The translations under genes were made by a program, and so were the position numbers. From an uncultured bacterium (GTDB lineage: Bacteria > Verrucomicrobiota > Verrucomicrobiia > Limisphaerales > UBA8199): a stretch of 64,000 nt of DNA. A model generated the notes under the pieces. That model ran no database searches, was not told where the DNA came from, and worked only from the letters and a program-made list of their open reading frames with translations. Below, piece after piece: positions 11,691 through 21,700 of this stretch (its first letter is position 1; every line of letters begins with the position of its first letter). The stretch covers positions 256,001 to 320,000 of the forward strand of contig CAVVMW010000023.1 of NCBI GenBank assembly GCA_963749495.1, given 5' to 3'.

Positions 11691-11923
11691 AGATGGCCAA
11701 GCCGGGCGAAACCCTGGACATGGGCGAGACGCCGTTCTGAAGCCTTCGGCCGGCGAGACACTCGGGCAGGGCAGGGGAAGGCTGCCGCCCGTCGTCCGCC
11801 CCGACGCCGGTGGGTTCTCCGGCCTCAGCGAGCACGCGTCACCGATCCGGCCACTGAAGCCTTGCCGGGAGGCTCCGAGTCTCGCGACCCGTGTGGGGGT
11901 CACGAGCTGCTCGCGGCGGTCGT

Positions 11924-12256
11924 TTAAACTGCCGCTGAAGCCGCCGCTTGCTCGTCGCGAAGACGCTTCTCGGCGAGCACCGGGGCGCTTCCGATTCGCG
12001 AGTTGTCTTCAGTGGCGATTGTGGCCAACCCCCTGCCAAAACCCTTTAGCGTGTTGTGCCAACGCCCATTGCCCGTGAGCGGATCCAGACAAAAGATTTC
12101 GCCGCAACAGGAGGCGAGAACTGCCTCGTTTTGCACGACCACATTGACAAAGTCGTAGCCTTTGAGATGGGTCGCCCACACCTGCTGACCCGTGGCGCGA
12201 TTCACCGCCACGACCGACCCTTTGATGCCAACGAACACTAAGTCCGAGGTTTTCAT
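11924..12256 (-). CDS. Small PQQ-like beta-propeller repeat protein
   Basis: LVFVGIKGSVVAVNRATGQQVW, GEIFCLDPLTGNGRWHN blades. Confidence 0.8.
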   Translation of the reverse strand: MKTSDLVFVGIKGSVVAVNRATGQQVWATHLKGYDFVNVVVQNEAVLASCCGEIFCLDPLTGNGRWHNTLKGFGRGLATIATEDNSRIGSAPVLAEKRLRDEQAAASAAV

Positions 12257-12483
12257 AAAATATCCGCTTTCACCGCACATGTAGCCTGCGCAAATTCACT
12301 TCGCTGACCTGCGAATTGAGGACCCAGGAACCGCAGATCAGGCCAATGCCAAATCACTCGCGTCTTCATCGTTGCTGAGATTACGAGTTCGGGCCGGGTT
12401 GTTCAATTCCAAGGACCATCAAGCAACTGCCTGATCCAGAGATGTGGCTTGAAGCCATCGGCGTCTGCCCGTAGATTACACGC

Positions 12484-12906
12484 ATGATTGCGACTGCACC
12501 AACCTCGGAGAGTGTGAAGGAACGCTGGCGCACGGCAGCACGCTTTGCCGACGTGCTGGAAGCGGAAGTAAAGGCGCGCCGGAACCCATTCGCAACGCGA
12601 GTGGCTTCCTGGTTCAACCTTTGCCGCATCTGCCAGGACCTGGAAGAGCAGATGTTGCTGGCAGAGCCCGCCGACATGGCTGATCAGCGGCTCCATCGAG
12701 TAATGCTCTCCACGGCGATCGCCAGTGGGGAGGGGTTGATGATCGAGCACGGGGATGCCGAGGCCCTCAAGGCGCTGCGCCTTTCGCCGGAGGCGCTGGC
12801 CGCGAAGCTCGACTCGCTGCGCATCACCTTCGCGCAGTGGCACACGGAGATGAAGCCGGAACGGCAAGCCGCCATTCTGCGGGAGGCCTTCGGTGGCCAG
12901 ATGTGA
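12484..12906 (+). CDS. Hypothetical helical protein (first of an overlapping pair)
   Basis: 140-aa ORF; TTGAAG-17-TAGATT promoter ending 6 nt before the ATG. Confidence 0.7.
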   Translation: MIATAPTSESVKERWRTAARFADVLEAEVKARRNPFATRVASWFNLCRICQDLEEQMLLAEPADMADQRLHRVMLSTAIASGEGLMIEHGDAEALKALRLSPEALAAKLDSLRITFAQWHTEMKPERQAAILREAFGGQM

Positions 12907-13120
12907 GGAACTGGAGGCCATCCTCCAGGCGCAGTTCGAGTTGGAGTATGCCGAACCGGAGGCCCTGGATGAGCGATTGCGCCGCTTGAACGTCCTCCTG
13001 GACCAAGTGATTGCCGGCGCCGCCTTGACCCGCCTCGATTTGTTGTCTGCCCTGCGGGACCGCTACAAGGAATACAAGCGGGCGCAGTTGTTGGCGGAGG
13101 CGAAGCGGAGAACGGTCTGA
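12893..13120 (+). CDS. Small hypothetical protein (second of the pair)
   Basis: 75-aa helical ORF overlapping the upstream gene by 14 nt. Confidence 0.65.
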   Translation: MARCEELEAILQAQFELEYAEPEALDERLRRLNVLLDQVIAGAALTRLDLLSALRDRYKEYKRAQLLAEAKRRTV

Positions 13121-13213
13121 GCCGCGCCCGGCGCGCCGGACGTAGCGGCCTCCACAGCGACGGGCAGACCGAACGATTGAGCTGCGCTGGCACCCACATT
13201 GCGTTCATGACCA

Positions 13214-15118
13214 CTAAGGCGTCTTGTCCGCCTGGAGCAACTGCCTGAGATTGTAGTGAGTAAACCGGGCGTGGGCGGCGACATTTTGGGAGTCGGCATT
13301 GGCGACCCAGAAATCGAGGGTGTCCGGGGCGAAGAGGGCGCAATGGATGTTGGAGGTCATGCAGACGGGGCGGCGCATGAGCTGGCGGGCGCTGTCGGCA
13401 TCGAACGTGCCAAACCCGGCCTGGACGCGCCGGGCCAGTTCCTCGTAGCGATCGCCGGCGGACAAGACGACGGCGTCCGGGATGGCGTGCGGCAGGAGCG
13501 GGTGGCTCTGGCCGGGGGCGATGGTCTCGAACTTGTCGGGCGTGGCGGCGATGCCGACGGCGCGTTTGGTCTTGGCGTCCGAGAGGACGTAGAAGTATTC
13601 GCAGGTGCGGGGTCCCTGGCGCAGGATGGCCAGCGCCTGGTCAAGGTCGTTGGCCTTCTCCATGACCTCGCGCAGGAGCTCGGCCATGGGCTTGCCGTCC
13701 CAGCGGCCTTGGCCCCGCCCGCCCATTTCGCCGATGGCCACTTGCTTTTCATTCATGGCCGTGACCGTGCCGATCATGCCGGCGTAACTGATGTTGACCC
13801 ACGCATTGCCCCGCTCCGGCTGGATGACCATCACGACCGCATTCTGTTCCAGGCCCAAGCCGCGCAGGTAATCCAGGACACGCCCGTGGTAGAGCCGCCC
13901 GCCTTGGGTTGCCCGGCCGAAGAGCGCGAAACCGCTGCAGTGAAACAACTCGGGAAAGAAATTCGCCAGCCGCACCTCCTCGCGCGGCAGGCCCGCCGCC
14001 GCTGCCAGGGCGTCCATCTCGCGCAAATACCGCTCGTCCATGAACGGGTTGAGCCGCTTCTGGGCCGATTCGATCTCGCCGAAGAACCAGCGCCCCTTCT
14101 CGAAGGAGCTGGCGACGCCGACCCCGTAGAGAATACGGTCAACGAGGTCGCGTATCTCCTTCTTCAAGAGCGTCCCATGCTGCCGGCCCATCTCTTCGGG
14201 CGTGCCCTTGAGAAAGAGCACGCGCGTGCCGTCGAGTTGCTCGAGCCGGGCGTCGCCCTCGCGGGCCACCACGCGCCGCTCGCCAGTGGCCGGGCCCAGG
14301 GGCGGCACCTTCTCGCCCAGCGTCCCGAGCGCCACCTTGAGAAAACGCGTCACGTGCGAGCGGGCCACCACCTCGATCAGGTTGCCGTCCGCGGGCTGAA
14401 GCTTCCATTTTTCCGGTGGCCGGGCCTCGAGGAACCGGGGCTGGACCAACTCGACCTGCACATCAATGTCTTTGGCATCGCGGTATCCCAAGCGCACCGG
14501 CAGGCAATCGCTCGGCCGCAGCCAAAGCTGGAAAGTCGCCTGGGGCAAGCCCAGGCCGCTGATCGCCTCCGGCTTGGGCGTCGCCTTGAGCACACGGCAC
14601 CGCGCCCCGCCGACCTCCTCGTCGGGCAGGACCTGCACGTCCATCAACAACGGCAGGAGCACCAGTTGCTCCGGCGGGATCGGCAGCTTGAGCGGGCCCA
14701 GCGCCGCGCTGTCTTTGCGGTCCGGCGCCGTCGCAAATGGCGCGGCCTCGGGCGAGCCGATCAACCCGAATTTCTTCCCAGGCGCGTGGAGCCAGACTTC
14801 TTGCCCGTTCCGGCCGAGCAGGAATCTGTCTTCGCCCAGGTTCAACGCCAACCGCAGGCAGTCCGGGGCCTGGAAGGCCAGTTCCAACTCGCTCGAGGCG
14901 AGTTGGAGGGGCAGGCCGTCCGCCTTCGCGACCTTGACTGTGGCGGCGAAAGTCCGGGCGGGTTCGCCGGAGGGCGGCTGGACCAGGACCGCCAGCCGGG
15001 TCAGGGCCGAGGCAAGGAGTTGAGCGGCGGAGTTGGTATTGGTCGTCTGGGCGGGAGCCAGCCCGGGCAGGGCCAGCGCCAGGCACAATAGCCAGGGGGC
15101 AAGGCGCGAGATTTTCAT
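13214..15118 (-). CDS. Secreted C45-family (AAT-like) Ntn hydrolase with an N-terminal LolA-like region
   Basis: Signal peptide MKISRLAPWLLCLALAL; GTPEEMGRQHG, FHCSGFA nucleophile Cys, HGRVLDY, MNEKQVAIGE. Confidence 0.8.
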   Translation of the reverse strand: MKISRLAPWLLCLALALPGLAPAQTTNTNSAAQLLASALTRLAVLVQPPSGEPARTFAATVKVAKADGLPLQLASSELELAFQAPDCLRLALNLGEDRFLLGRNGQEVWLHAPGKKFGLIGSPEAAPFATAPDRKDSAALGPLKLPIPPEQLVLLPLLMDVQVLPDEEVGGARCRVLKATPKPEAISGLGLPQATFQLWLRPSDCLPVRLGYRDAKDIDVQVELVQPRFLEARPPEKWKLQPADGNLIEVVARSHVTRFLKVALGTLGEKVPPLGPATGERRVVAREGDARLEQLDGTRVLFLKGTPEEMGRQHGTLLKKEIRDLVDRILYGVGVASSFEKGRWFFGEIESAQKRLNPFMDERYLREMDALAAAAGLPREEVRLANFFPELFHCSGFALFGRATQGGRLYHGRVLDYLRGLGLEQNAVVMVIQPERGNAWVNISYAGMIGTVTAMNEKQVAIGEMGGRGQGRWDGKPMAELLREVMEKANDLDQALAILRQGPRTCEYFYVLSDAKTKRAVGIAATPDKFETIAPGQSHPLLPHAIPDAVVLSAGDRYEELARRVQAGFGTFDADSARQLMRRPVCMTSNIHCALFAPDTLDFWVANADSQNVAAHARFTHYNLRQLLQADKTP

Positions 15119-15254
15119 AATGCCGATACTGTGACTGGATCGGAGCCTATCCCTGCGCGCCGGCCAGGGCAAGCGCATCGTGGGAGCAACAGGCTTCCTC
15201 GAGCCGCTGCGGAGGACTCTCCCTCTCTCCATGACCCGGCGGGAAGCCCGAAGG

Positions 15255-15333
15255 TTTTGGACTGCGCCAGTCCTCTGGCGCTTTCGTGTCCCGAGGGTCC
15301 AAAAAGCGGCAGAGGACTGCCGCAGTCCAAAAC
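15255..15333. repeat. REP-like inverted doublet, family D
   Basis: ttttggactgcgccagtcctctggcgcttt ... aaagcggcagaggactgccgcagtccaaaa. Confidence 0.75.
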
Positions 15334-15388
15334 GCTTCGCGTCTTCCGTCGCCTCCCGCTTTCACTGAGCCTTACGAGTAACGGCCGC

Positions 15389-16813
15389 TTACTTCTGCGC
15401 CGGCTCTGCGCCGGGGGTTGGCGGCCAATTGAGGTGTCTGCGAAGGAATTCCTGCAGCTCCTCGACCTGGCGCTGCTGCCGGGCCTGGGCGTCGGGCAGT
15501 TCGCGCAGGCGGGCCGGGGCGGGGCCGGGCGAGTCGATCCGCTCCAACTGCAGCCCCAGCGCGTTGAGCAAAACGGTCAGCGCCGGGTCCGAAGCCGGGC
15601 CGATCGCCATGCCCTCCGCCCCGCAGATCAGCGCAAAGGGGGCGAAGCCCTTGGCTTCGCCGGGCTTCAGGAGAGCCTGGGCGCGCTCGAATTCCGCCTC
15701 GACCGACTCATAATCCGGCGTGGCGAGTTTGCCCGGGGCGGCGCCTGCCCGGCCCGCGCGCTCCGCAGGCGGGCCGGGGACGGCGGGCGCGGGGCTGTGC
15801 TCGACAATTAGGCCGCGGGGCGCGATGAGACTCGCTATCTCCGCGTCGCCGAACTCACGGAGCAGCCCGAAGACATTGCGGTAGATCGGCTCTTCCCAGA
15901 GGCGCTGGCGAGAATCGAAGTAGCCGCTCACCAGCGCCGCGCTGATGCGCGGGTCCAGCGCCGCGCTATAGAACGCAATCAAACCCCCTTCCCCGTAGCC
16001 GGCCACCGCGACCTTGGGGCTTTGGGTTCTGGACTCTGCGGCTTGGCCTTTGGCCTGAGTAACCGCGTGCCCGCTGTGGCCTCGGGCCTCCAGTGCATCG
16101 ATGGCCGCCAGGACCTTCTGGACCTCGAAACCGATGATGTGGCGGCCCAGCTCGAAGGCCTGCCGGTAAACCCACTCGCGGTGAGGTTGGTTGGTGAGGC
16201 GCTGCATTGCGGGGTTCCCGGACCAGGTGTCCTGGCGGTCCACCAGGACCGGCACGAGCACCTCGCAGCCGTTTTCGGCGAGCCGCCGCGCAAATTGCCG
16301 CACGGGCTCGAGTCCCGGAGCCAAGCCCGCCAGCATCTCCGGCGTTTGGTCCGCGTCAGGGATTGCCACCACGCGCGCCACGGGGACGGCCTTGGGCAGC
16401 AGCAGGAGTCCTTCGCCGTTGACTCCATCGAGCACCGGCCATCGCGCGCTGTGCACGGTGAAGCCCTCGGCCTCGGCGAGCAGCGTGGCCTCCAGGCCGG
16501 CGCCGGCCTGGGCCGCCGGCGCCCGGGTCTCCACCGCCCCGATCATCCGCCGCAACTGCTCGCGATTGGGCTGGATGGATTTTTCGTAGGCTGCTGTTGA
16601 GGCAAAATCGCGCTGCCAAAACCTGGCGCGTTGAGCCATCGAGCGCTCGAGTTCCCGGGCCAGAAACTGGTCGATGCCGATGGTCATCTCCAGCGCCGGA
16701 TCGGGGCTGGGCGCCAGGAGGCCCGTGCCGGGCAGCGGGCCGGGTTCCTGCGCTGCGCCGGCCAGCGCAGGGAGCAGCAGGCTCAACACGCCGAATCTGC
16801 TTCTACTGCTCAT
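15389..16813 (-). CDS. Secreted alpha/beta-hydrolase (dienelactone hydrolase / acetylxylan esterase-like), possibly C-terminally truncated
   Basis: Signal peptide; VAGYGEGGLIAFY elbow (no Ser), ALVSGYF, LIAPRGLIVEH. Confidence 0.7.
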   Translation of the reverse strand: MSSRSRFGVLSLLLPALAGAAQEPGPLPGTGLLAPSPDPALEMTIGIDQFLARELERSMAQRARFWQRDFASTAAYEKSIQPNREQLRRMIGAVETRAPAAQAGAGLEATLLAEAEGFTVHSARWPVLDGVNGEGLLLLPKAVPVARVVAIPDADQTPEMLAGLAPGLEPVRQFARRLAENGCEVLVPVLVDRQDTWSGNPAMQRLTNQPHREWVYRQAFELGRHIIGFEVQKVLAAIDALEARGHSGHAVTQAKGQAAESRTQSPKVAVAGYGEGGLIAFYSAALDPRISAALVSGYFDSRQRLWEEPIYRNVFGLLREFGDAEIASLIAPRGLIVEHSPAPAVPGPPAERAGRAGAAPGKLATPDYESVEAEFERAQALLKPGEAKGFAPFALICGAEGMAIGPASDPALTVLLNALGLQLERIDSPGPAPARLRELPDAQARQQRQVEELQEFLRRHLNWPPTPGAEPAQK

Positions 16814-17411
16814 CTTTCTGGCGCCTTGGACCCAGGAAGGGCAATTTAACGGTCTTCCCGAACAAGCGCAACATGGACGGTTTCTTTGGTTTCTCGCGTT
16901 CGATAGGCAGGCACCTGCGGCTGCACAGAGGGCAGAGCTTGAGGACCTTGCCGCCCCGGCGTCTGAGACGGTGCAGGCATTGATCGCACATCACCTCGCG
17001 GCAGTGCGTGCATTGGTGCGTGGCTCGGGCTTGGGGATGACGAGGACAGATCAACGAACCGTCCGCCAGCACAACAGGCGGCGCGGGCCGCGGCATGTCG
17101 AACTTGGGAATCCCGATGGTGACCTCCGTCGTTTCGACCAGGAGTTCCACGCAGCCCAGGCGCAGGACCTGCCCGGTCCGGATTTCGGCCTGCTGGATGG
17201 GTCTCCCATCGATGAGGGTGCCGTTGGTGGAGGCGCAGTCGCGCACCAGGAGGCCGCCCGCCACAAGCATGATCTCGCAATGGATGGCCGAGACCGTCGG
17301 ATGCTCGATCGGGAACTCGCATTCTGGGCTTCGTCCGAGGCGATTGGCTCCCAACTTGAGTTCAATCACCTGTTCCCCAAATCCGTCGGATGTAATCACA
17401 AGCCTGGCCAT
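16803..17411 (-). CDS. FHA domain protein with C-terminal Cys/His zinc finger
   Basis: LGRSPECE...VSAIHCEI...STNGTLIDG FHA motifs; CPRH...CTHC...CDQC...CPLC. Confidence 0.9.
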   Translation of the reverse strand: MARLVITSDGFGEQVIELKLGANRLGRSPECEFPIEHPTVSAIHCEIMLVAGGLLVRDCASTNGTLIDGRPIQQAEIRTGQVLRLGCVELLVETTEVTIGIPKFDMPRPAPPVVLADGSLICPRHPQARATHQCTHCREVMCDQCLHRLRRRGGKVLKLCPLCSRRCLPIEREKPKKPSMLRLFGKTVKLPFLGPRRQKDEQ

Positions 17412-17482
17412 GCGCTCGCCTTGGACTCGGCAGCGTAATTAACGCAGCCGGAGCGGATTGTCGACGAGAATCTGCGGCGGGT

Positions 17483-17688
17483 GAGGGCCGTTGACAAAGT
17501 CGTAGCGCAGGTTTCCAAACCTGCTGTATCGCCGATTTCCAATCGGCAGGGCGTCGGCATGTCGAGCGCCCCCGGGTTTGCGGACGGCCTGCGGGTTTGG
17601 AAACCCGCGATACAGCAGGTTTGGAAACCTGCGCTACGCTGGCGCCCCTGGCACACAGGCGCGCCGAGCGACTTTGTCAATGGCCCTG
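17483..17688. mobile_element. Second copy of MITE family B (inverted)
   Basis: IRs gagggccgttgacaaagtc / gactttgtcaatggccctg; degenerate TSD tgcggcgggt / tgcggtcggt; cargo is the reverse complement of 10856-11060. Confidence 0.85.
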
Positions 17689-17770
17689 TGCGGTCGGTCC
17701 GGCGGCCGGTTGCGGTTCCTGGCGGCTGGGTTAGATTCTGGAGCACAGTTTTGCGAAAGGAGCGTGTGAC

Positions 17771-18100
17771 ATGACAGCATTAGCTCAAAGAGAGTGCGTC
17801 CCCTGCAAGGGCGGAACGCCCGCGTTAAGCGGGCAGGAACTGGCCAAAATGGCCGCCGAGCTTGGAGGTGGCTGGAAGGTCGTGGGCGAGCACCACCTCG
17901 AGAGGGAGTTCGCCTTCAAGGACTTCCGCGAGGCCCTGGGTTTTACGAACCAGGTCGGGGAACTGGCCGAGGCGCAGGGACATCATCCGGACATCTACCT
18001 GGCCTGGGGCAAGGTCAAAATCACGATCTGGACCCACAAGATTGACGGCCTGACCGAGAGCGATTTCGTCTTTGCGGCGAAGGTGTCCCGCCTCGCCTGA
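17771..18100 (+). CDS. phhB: 4a-hydroxytetrahydrobiopterin dehydratase (PCD)
   Basis: CVPCKGG, AEAQGHHPDI, WTHKIDGLTESDF motifs; AAGGAG RBS. Confidence 0.93.
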   Translation: MTALAQRECVPCKGGTPALSGQELAKMAAELGGGWKVVGEHHLEREFAFKDFREALGFTNQVGELAEAQGHHPDIYLAWGKVKITIWTHKIDGLTESDFVFAAKVSRLA

Positions 18101-18199
18101 CCTGGCTCTCCAGGCGCGGAGGGCAGGACAGTGCGCCGGGGCGCTGACAGCCCCGGACGCGCCGTCCCGTCATACCCACCCATTTTGCCTCTGTTGGTG

Positions 18200-18469
18200 G
18201 CGTGCGATTAAAACTGGCGGTCAGCCCACAGCGCCTTTTTGCCCCGAAGGGGCTTCCGACAATAGCCCGGCGTTTCAACGCCGGGTGAGCGGACACAAGG
18301 AACAGGTCCGTCCCGAAGGGACGGCCGAAAGCAAGGAGTGTCCTCAGTCGTCCCTTCGGGACGAGGGTCCTTTTGATGGCCTCCCCGGCGTTGAAACGCC
18401 GGGCTATTGTCAAATGTCCCTCCGGGACAAAACTCCCGAGGCGCAAGCCCGACGCCTCTAATCGCACCC
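18200..18469. mobile_element. MITE family A (270 bp) carrying a REP-A inverted doublet
   Basis: Ends gcgtgcgattaaaa / ctctaatcgcaccc; near-identical 270-bp copies at 34093 and 63709. Confidence 0.8.
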
Positions 18470-18610
18470 GGGCTGGTGTCGCCGCTTGACCTGGCCAATC
18501 CTGCGGGCGTATTCTCGCGCCCTGGCGTGCGGTGTGGGCGGCATCGTGGCCGGCGGCTAGAGGCGACCGGTTGCGGGCGCCCGACCCGGCGCTTAACGAT
18601 CTGAACAAAA

Positions 18611-19969
18611 ATGAAGCACCAACCTACTCTCACTCGGCGTCAATTCCTCACCACCTCGACCCTGGCGGCCGGCGCCTTGACCCTCGTCCCGCGCCATGTG
18701 GTGGCCGGCAGCGGCCAGACCCCGCCCAGCGAAACACTCCGTATCGCCGGCATCGGCGTGGGCGGCCAGGGCGCCGGGGACATCATGGAGGTTGCAAAGG
18801 ACAAAGCCTGCAGCATCGTCGCTCTATGTGATGTGGACCGGTCCAATCACACGGCCAAGACGTTCCAGAGCTTTCCGGGCGCCAAGCAGTACCGGGATTT
18901 TCGCAAGATGTTCGACGAAATGGAGCAGGGCATGGATGCGGTGGTGGTGGCCACGCCGGACCATTGCCACGCCGTGGCGGCCATGGCCGCGATCAAGCGC
19001 GGCAAGCACGTCTATTGCGAGAAGCCGCTGGCCCATTCGATTCATGAGGTCCGCGAGTTGATGGCGGCCGCCCGCGAGCACAAAGTGGTCACTCAGCTTG
19101 GCAACCAGGGCCATTCCTTTGGGACGATCCGCGACTTTTGCGAATGGGTCTGGGACGGGGCCATCGGCAGCGTCCACACTATCCATGCGGGGTGCGACGC
19201 TCCAAACTCCGGCATCAACGAACTGGCCCGGATCAAAGAGGCACACCCGGTGCCGCCCACCCTGGATTGGGACCTCTGGCTCGGCCCGGCCCAGTTCCGT
19301 CCGTATCACCCGGCCTACGTTCCGGGCCGGTGGCGCAGTTGGGTCCCCTTCGGCAACGGCACCGTGGGCGATTGGACCTGCCACGTGGTGGACCCGGTCT
19401 TCTGGGCCCTGGATCTGGGCGCCCCGGCGACCATCCAGGCCCAGGTGAAAAACTACGATTTCAAGACCCAGGGTGACAGCTACCCCATGGGCGAGATCAT
19501 CACCTACGAGTTCCCGGCCAAAGCCAATCGCGGGCCTGTGGTCATGCATTGGTACAGCGGCACCGAGCCCATCCCCAGGCCGCCCGAGATGGAATCGGAC
19601 GATCGGCCGGTGAAGACCGGCGCCGTGGTCGTGGGCGACAAAGGCACGATCATCTACGGCTCGCACGGGGCAGGACAGGTGCGCATCATCCCCCAGGCCA
19701 AGATGGATGCCTATAAGAAACCCGCCAGGACCATTCCCCGCGCCAAAGAGCATCACGCCGATTGGCTCGATGCCATCCGCAACCAGCGCAAGGCCGGCTC
19801 TGATTTCTCTTATGGCGGGCCCCTGACGGAACTCGCCTTGCTCGGCATCATCGCCATCAAGATGGGCGGACAGAAGCTGGAATGGGACGGCCCGGCCGGA
19901 CGCTTCACCAACTCCCCGGAGGCCAACCAGTTCCTCAACCCGCCCTACCGGATGGGCTGGAGCCTTTAA
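18611..19969 (+). CDS. Gfo/Idh/MocA oxidoreductase, Tat-exported
   Basis: TRRQFL Tat motif, IGVGGQG, ATPDHCH, VYCEKPL. Confidence 0.95.
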   Translation: MKHQPTLTRRQFLTTSTLAAGALTLVPRHVVAGSGQTPPSETLRIAGIGVGGQGAGDIMEVAKDKACSIVALCDVDRSNHTAKTFQSFPGAKQYRDFRKMFDEMEQGMDAVVVATPDHCHAVAAMAAIKRGKHVYCEKPLAHSIHEVRELMAAAREHKVVTQLGNQGHSFGTIRDFCEWVWDGAIGSVHTIHAGCDAPNSGINELARIKEAHPVPPTLDWDLWLGPAQFRPYHPAYVPGRWRSWVPFGNGTVGDWTCHVVDPVFWALDLGAPATIQAQVKNYDFKTQGDSYPMGEIITYEFPAKANRGPVVMHWYSGTEPIPRPPEMESDDRPVKTGAVVVGDKGTIIYGSHGAGQVRIIPQAKMDAYKKPARTIPRAKEHHADWLDAIRNQRKAGSDFSYGGPLTELALLGIIAIKMGGQKLEWDGPAGRFTNSPEANQFLNPPYRMGWSL

Positions 19970-20091
19970 GCGCCGGCCGAGCCGGAACCTCGAAATCCGG
20001 AGCAGGCAGAAAGATGAGTCTTATTTCTTATCTTTCTGCCCCCATTTTTCTGCCAAATCCTCTTTCTGCCACATTCGGCTTTCACTACGGA

Positions 20092-21489
20092 TTACGCATT
20101 CCTCGAGTAGGTGGTTGCGACTGGCCGGACCTTTATCCATTGGTAGTGATGCAGGATCACCGCTGAGATGCTGAAAAGCAGAAGATAATAGAGGCTGAAG
20201 ATGGTCTCATTCCAGGCCGTGTGGGGCCCTGTGATCAGTTGGGCGATGGCGTTCTGCACGATAAGGACCAGCCACATGAGCTGGTAGGCATGAGGGAACA
20301 CGTCGGCCTGCGAGCCGCCCTGCCCCGGGAGGTCTTCGCCGGAACCGGGCGCGGGTTTGGACCTGGGGCCGCCTGGGAAGGGCCGGAACCAAATCCATGC
20401 CAATAACCCGGCCAGGGCGGCCAGCAGCAACGGACCCATGACCCGCCACAGGACGCGGTCCCAGTAGTTCTCGTTTCCAAGGTAGATGTTCGCCCAGCCC
20501 TTCAAGCCGTTTCGGAGCGAGAGGCCCAGACCCAACAACAGGCCCAGATAGGCGCCCAACCGTTCGAGGTCCGGGTGGGCTCGAGCCGGGGGTCCCGTTT
20601 CCCGCCCCCGTTGCGAGCCGCAGGCCCTGCCATTGGCCAGACAATAGGCCAGGCCGTAGGCGATGCCGATGCTGATGCCGCCGCAGGACTCCCAGCAACG
20701 CCACCAGTTGAAGCTCGTGCCCGGCCACAGCCGCGGCGCCCAGCGCCAGTTCTGGCACAGAGCCCATCCCGCCCCATTCACCAGCCCGACTGTGAGGATG
20801 AGGATGACGTTCCGCCAGTCCCGGCGCCCGGCCTCATAGGCCAGAAAGCCCAGGTAGAGCCCCAGGTGGGTAATGGCGGCCCGGTTGTCGTTGATGAGCC
20901 GGCGAAGATTCGGATTGGCATGGAGGTCTTGATACTGCGCCTGCATCGTCTTGTAGAGCGGGAGAAAGACTTCCGGCAGACTGTCGAACAGAATCCTGGC
21001 CAGCCACGCTGCTCCCAGCCCGCACGCCAGCCGGAAGCACCAGTTCTGAATGCGCGCCGGCCGCCCGCAGCGGCACCAGGCCAGCAGGCAGGCCCCCAGC
21101 CCGGCCCACGGCACGCCGGCGATGAAAAGCCAGGCGAAACCGTAGGCCCTCGAGATCGGCACGCTTTGCCCCGCCGCCGTATTGGTCTGGAGGCGGCCGT
21201 CAAAGAAACTGGGCCACTGCATCCAGCCGCGGCTTCCGGAGATGCCAATCCCGATAGTCAGGGCCAGGATGATCCAGCCCGACGCATAGGGCCGAGATTG
21301 CCGGCCCCCCGGCTCGCGGGCGATGAACCACCAGGCCGTGCCCCAGGTCACGCCCGCAAAAATGCAGCCGTTCATCCCCCCGAACCCGGAGCAGCCCCGC
21401 ACCGCCCAGGCCATCCCCCCGAGCGCCGCAAACAGCAGCACCGGCAGGACCAGGTCCTGCGCCAGATCCCGTTGGTTGTCTTTGCCCAT
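20092..21489 (-). CDS. Polytopic membrane protein (intact copy)
   Basis: Many hydrophobic helices; start chosen at MGKDNQ because the upstream ATG lies in a REP. Confidence 0.8.
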   Translation of the reverse strand: MGKDNQRDLAQDLVLPVLLFAALGGMAWAVRGCSGFGGMNGCIFAGVTWGTAWWFIAREPGGRQSRPYASGWIILALTIGIGISGSRGWMQWPSFFDGRLQTNTAAGQSVPISRAYGFAWLFIAGVPWAGLGACLLAWCRCGRPARIQNWCFRLACGLGAAWLARILFDSLPEVFLPLYKTMQAQYQDLHANPNLRRLINDNRAAITHLGLYLGFLAYEAGRRDWRNVILILTVGLVNGAGWALCQNWRWAPRLWPGTSFNWWRCWESCGGISIGIAYGLAYCLANGRACGSQRGRETGPPARAHPDLERLGAYLGLLLGLGLSLRNGLKGWANIYLGNENYWDRVLWRVMGPLLLAALAGLLAWIWFRPFPGGPRSKPAPGSGEDLPGQGGSQADVFPHAYQLMWLVLIVQNAIAQLITGPHTAWNETIFSLYYLLLFSISAVILHHYQWIKVRPVATTYSRNA

Positions 21490-21499
21490 ACTGTTCTTC

Positions 21500-21700
21500 A
21501 CCGCGGAGCGGTGCCTGATGGTAGCCGTGGACTTCCAGTCCACGGACCCATGGCTCCGCCCACCCGCGTCGCGTAGCGACGGCTGAAAACATCTGCCAGC
21601 GCCACGATGTCAGGCGTCGCTACGCGACGCGAGACCATTTCCACGCCCCAGACCGTGGACCGAGGTCCACGGCTACCTTCACCGCGTCGCGCCGCGACGC
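21500..21700. repeat. REP-like doublet, family E (duplicated at ~32980-33180)
   Basis: cgtcgcgtagcgacg / cgtcgctacgcgacg and ccgtggac...gtccacgg hairpins. Confidence 0.7.

Noticed and set aside
13256..15091. 611-aa plus-strand ORF and similar long antisense ORFs (52537-53895, 40195-41628, 60159-61487)
   Set aside because: They lie opposite genes with clear family motifs and have no motifs of their own
18072..18633. ORFs spanning the REP/MITE elements (also 10700-11121, 33809-34585, 63665-63976)
   Set aside because: Translations of palindromic repeats, recurring at each copy
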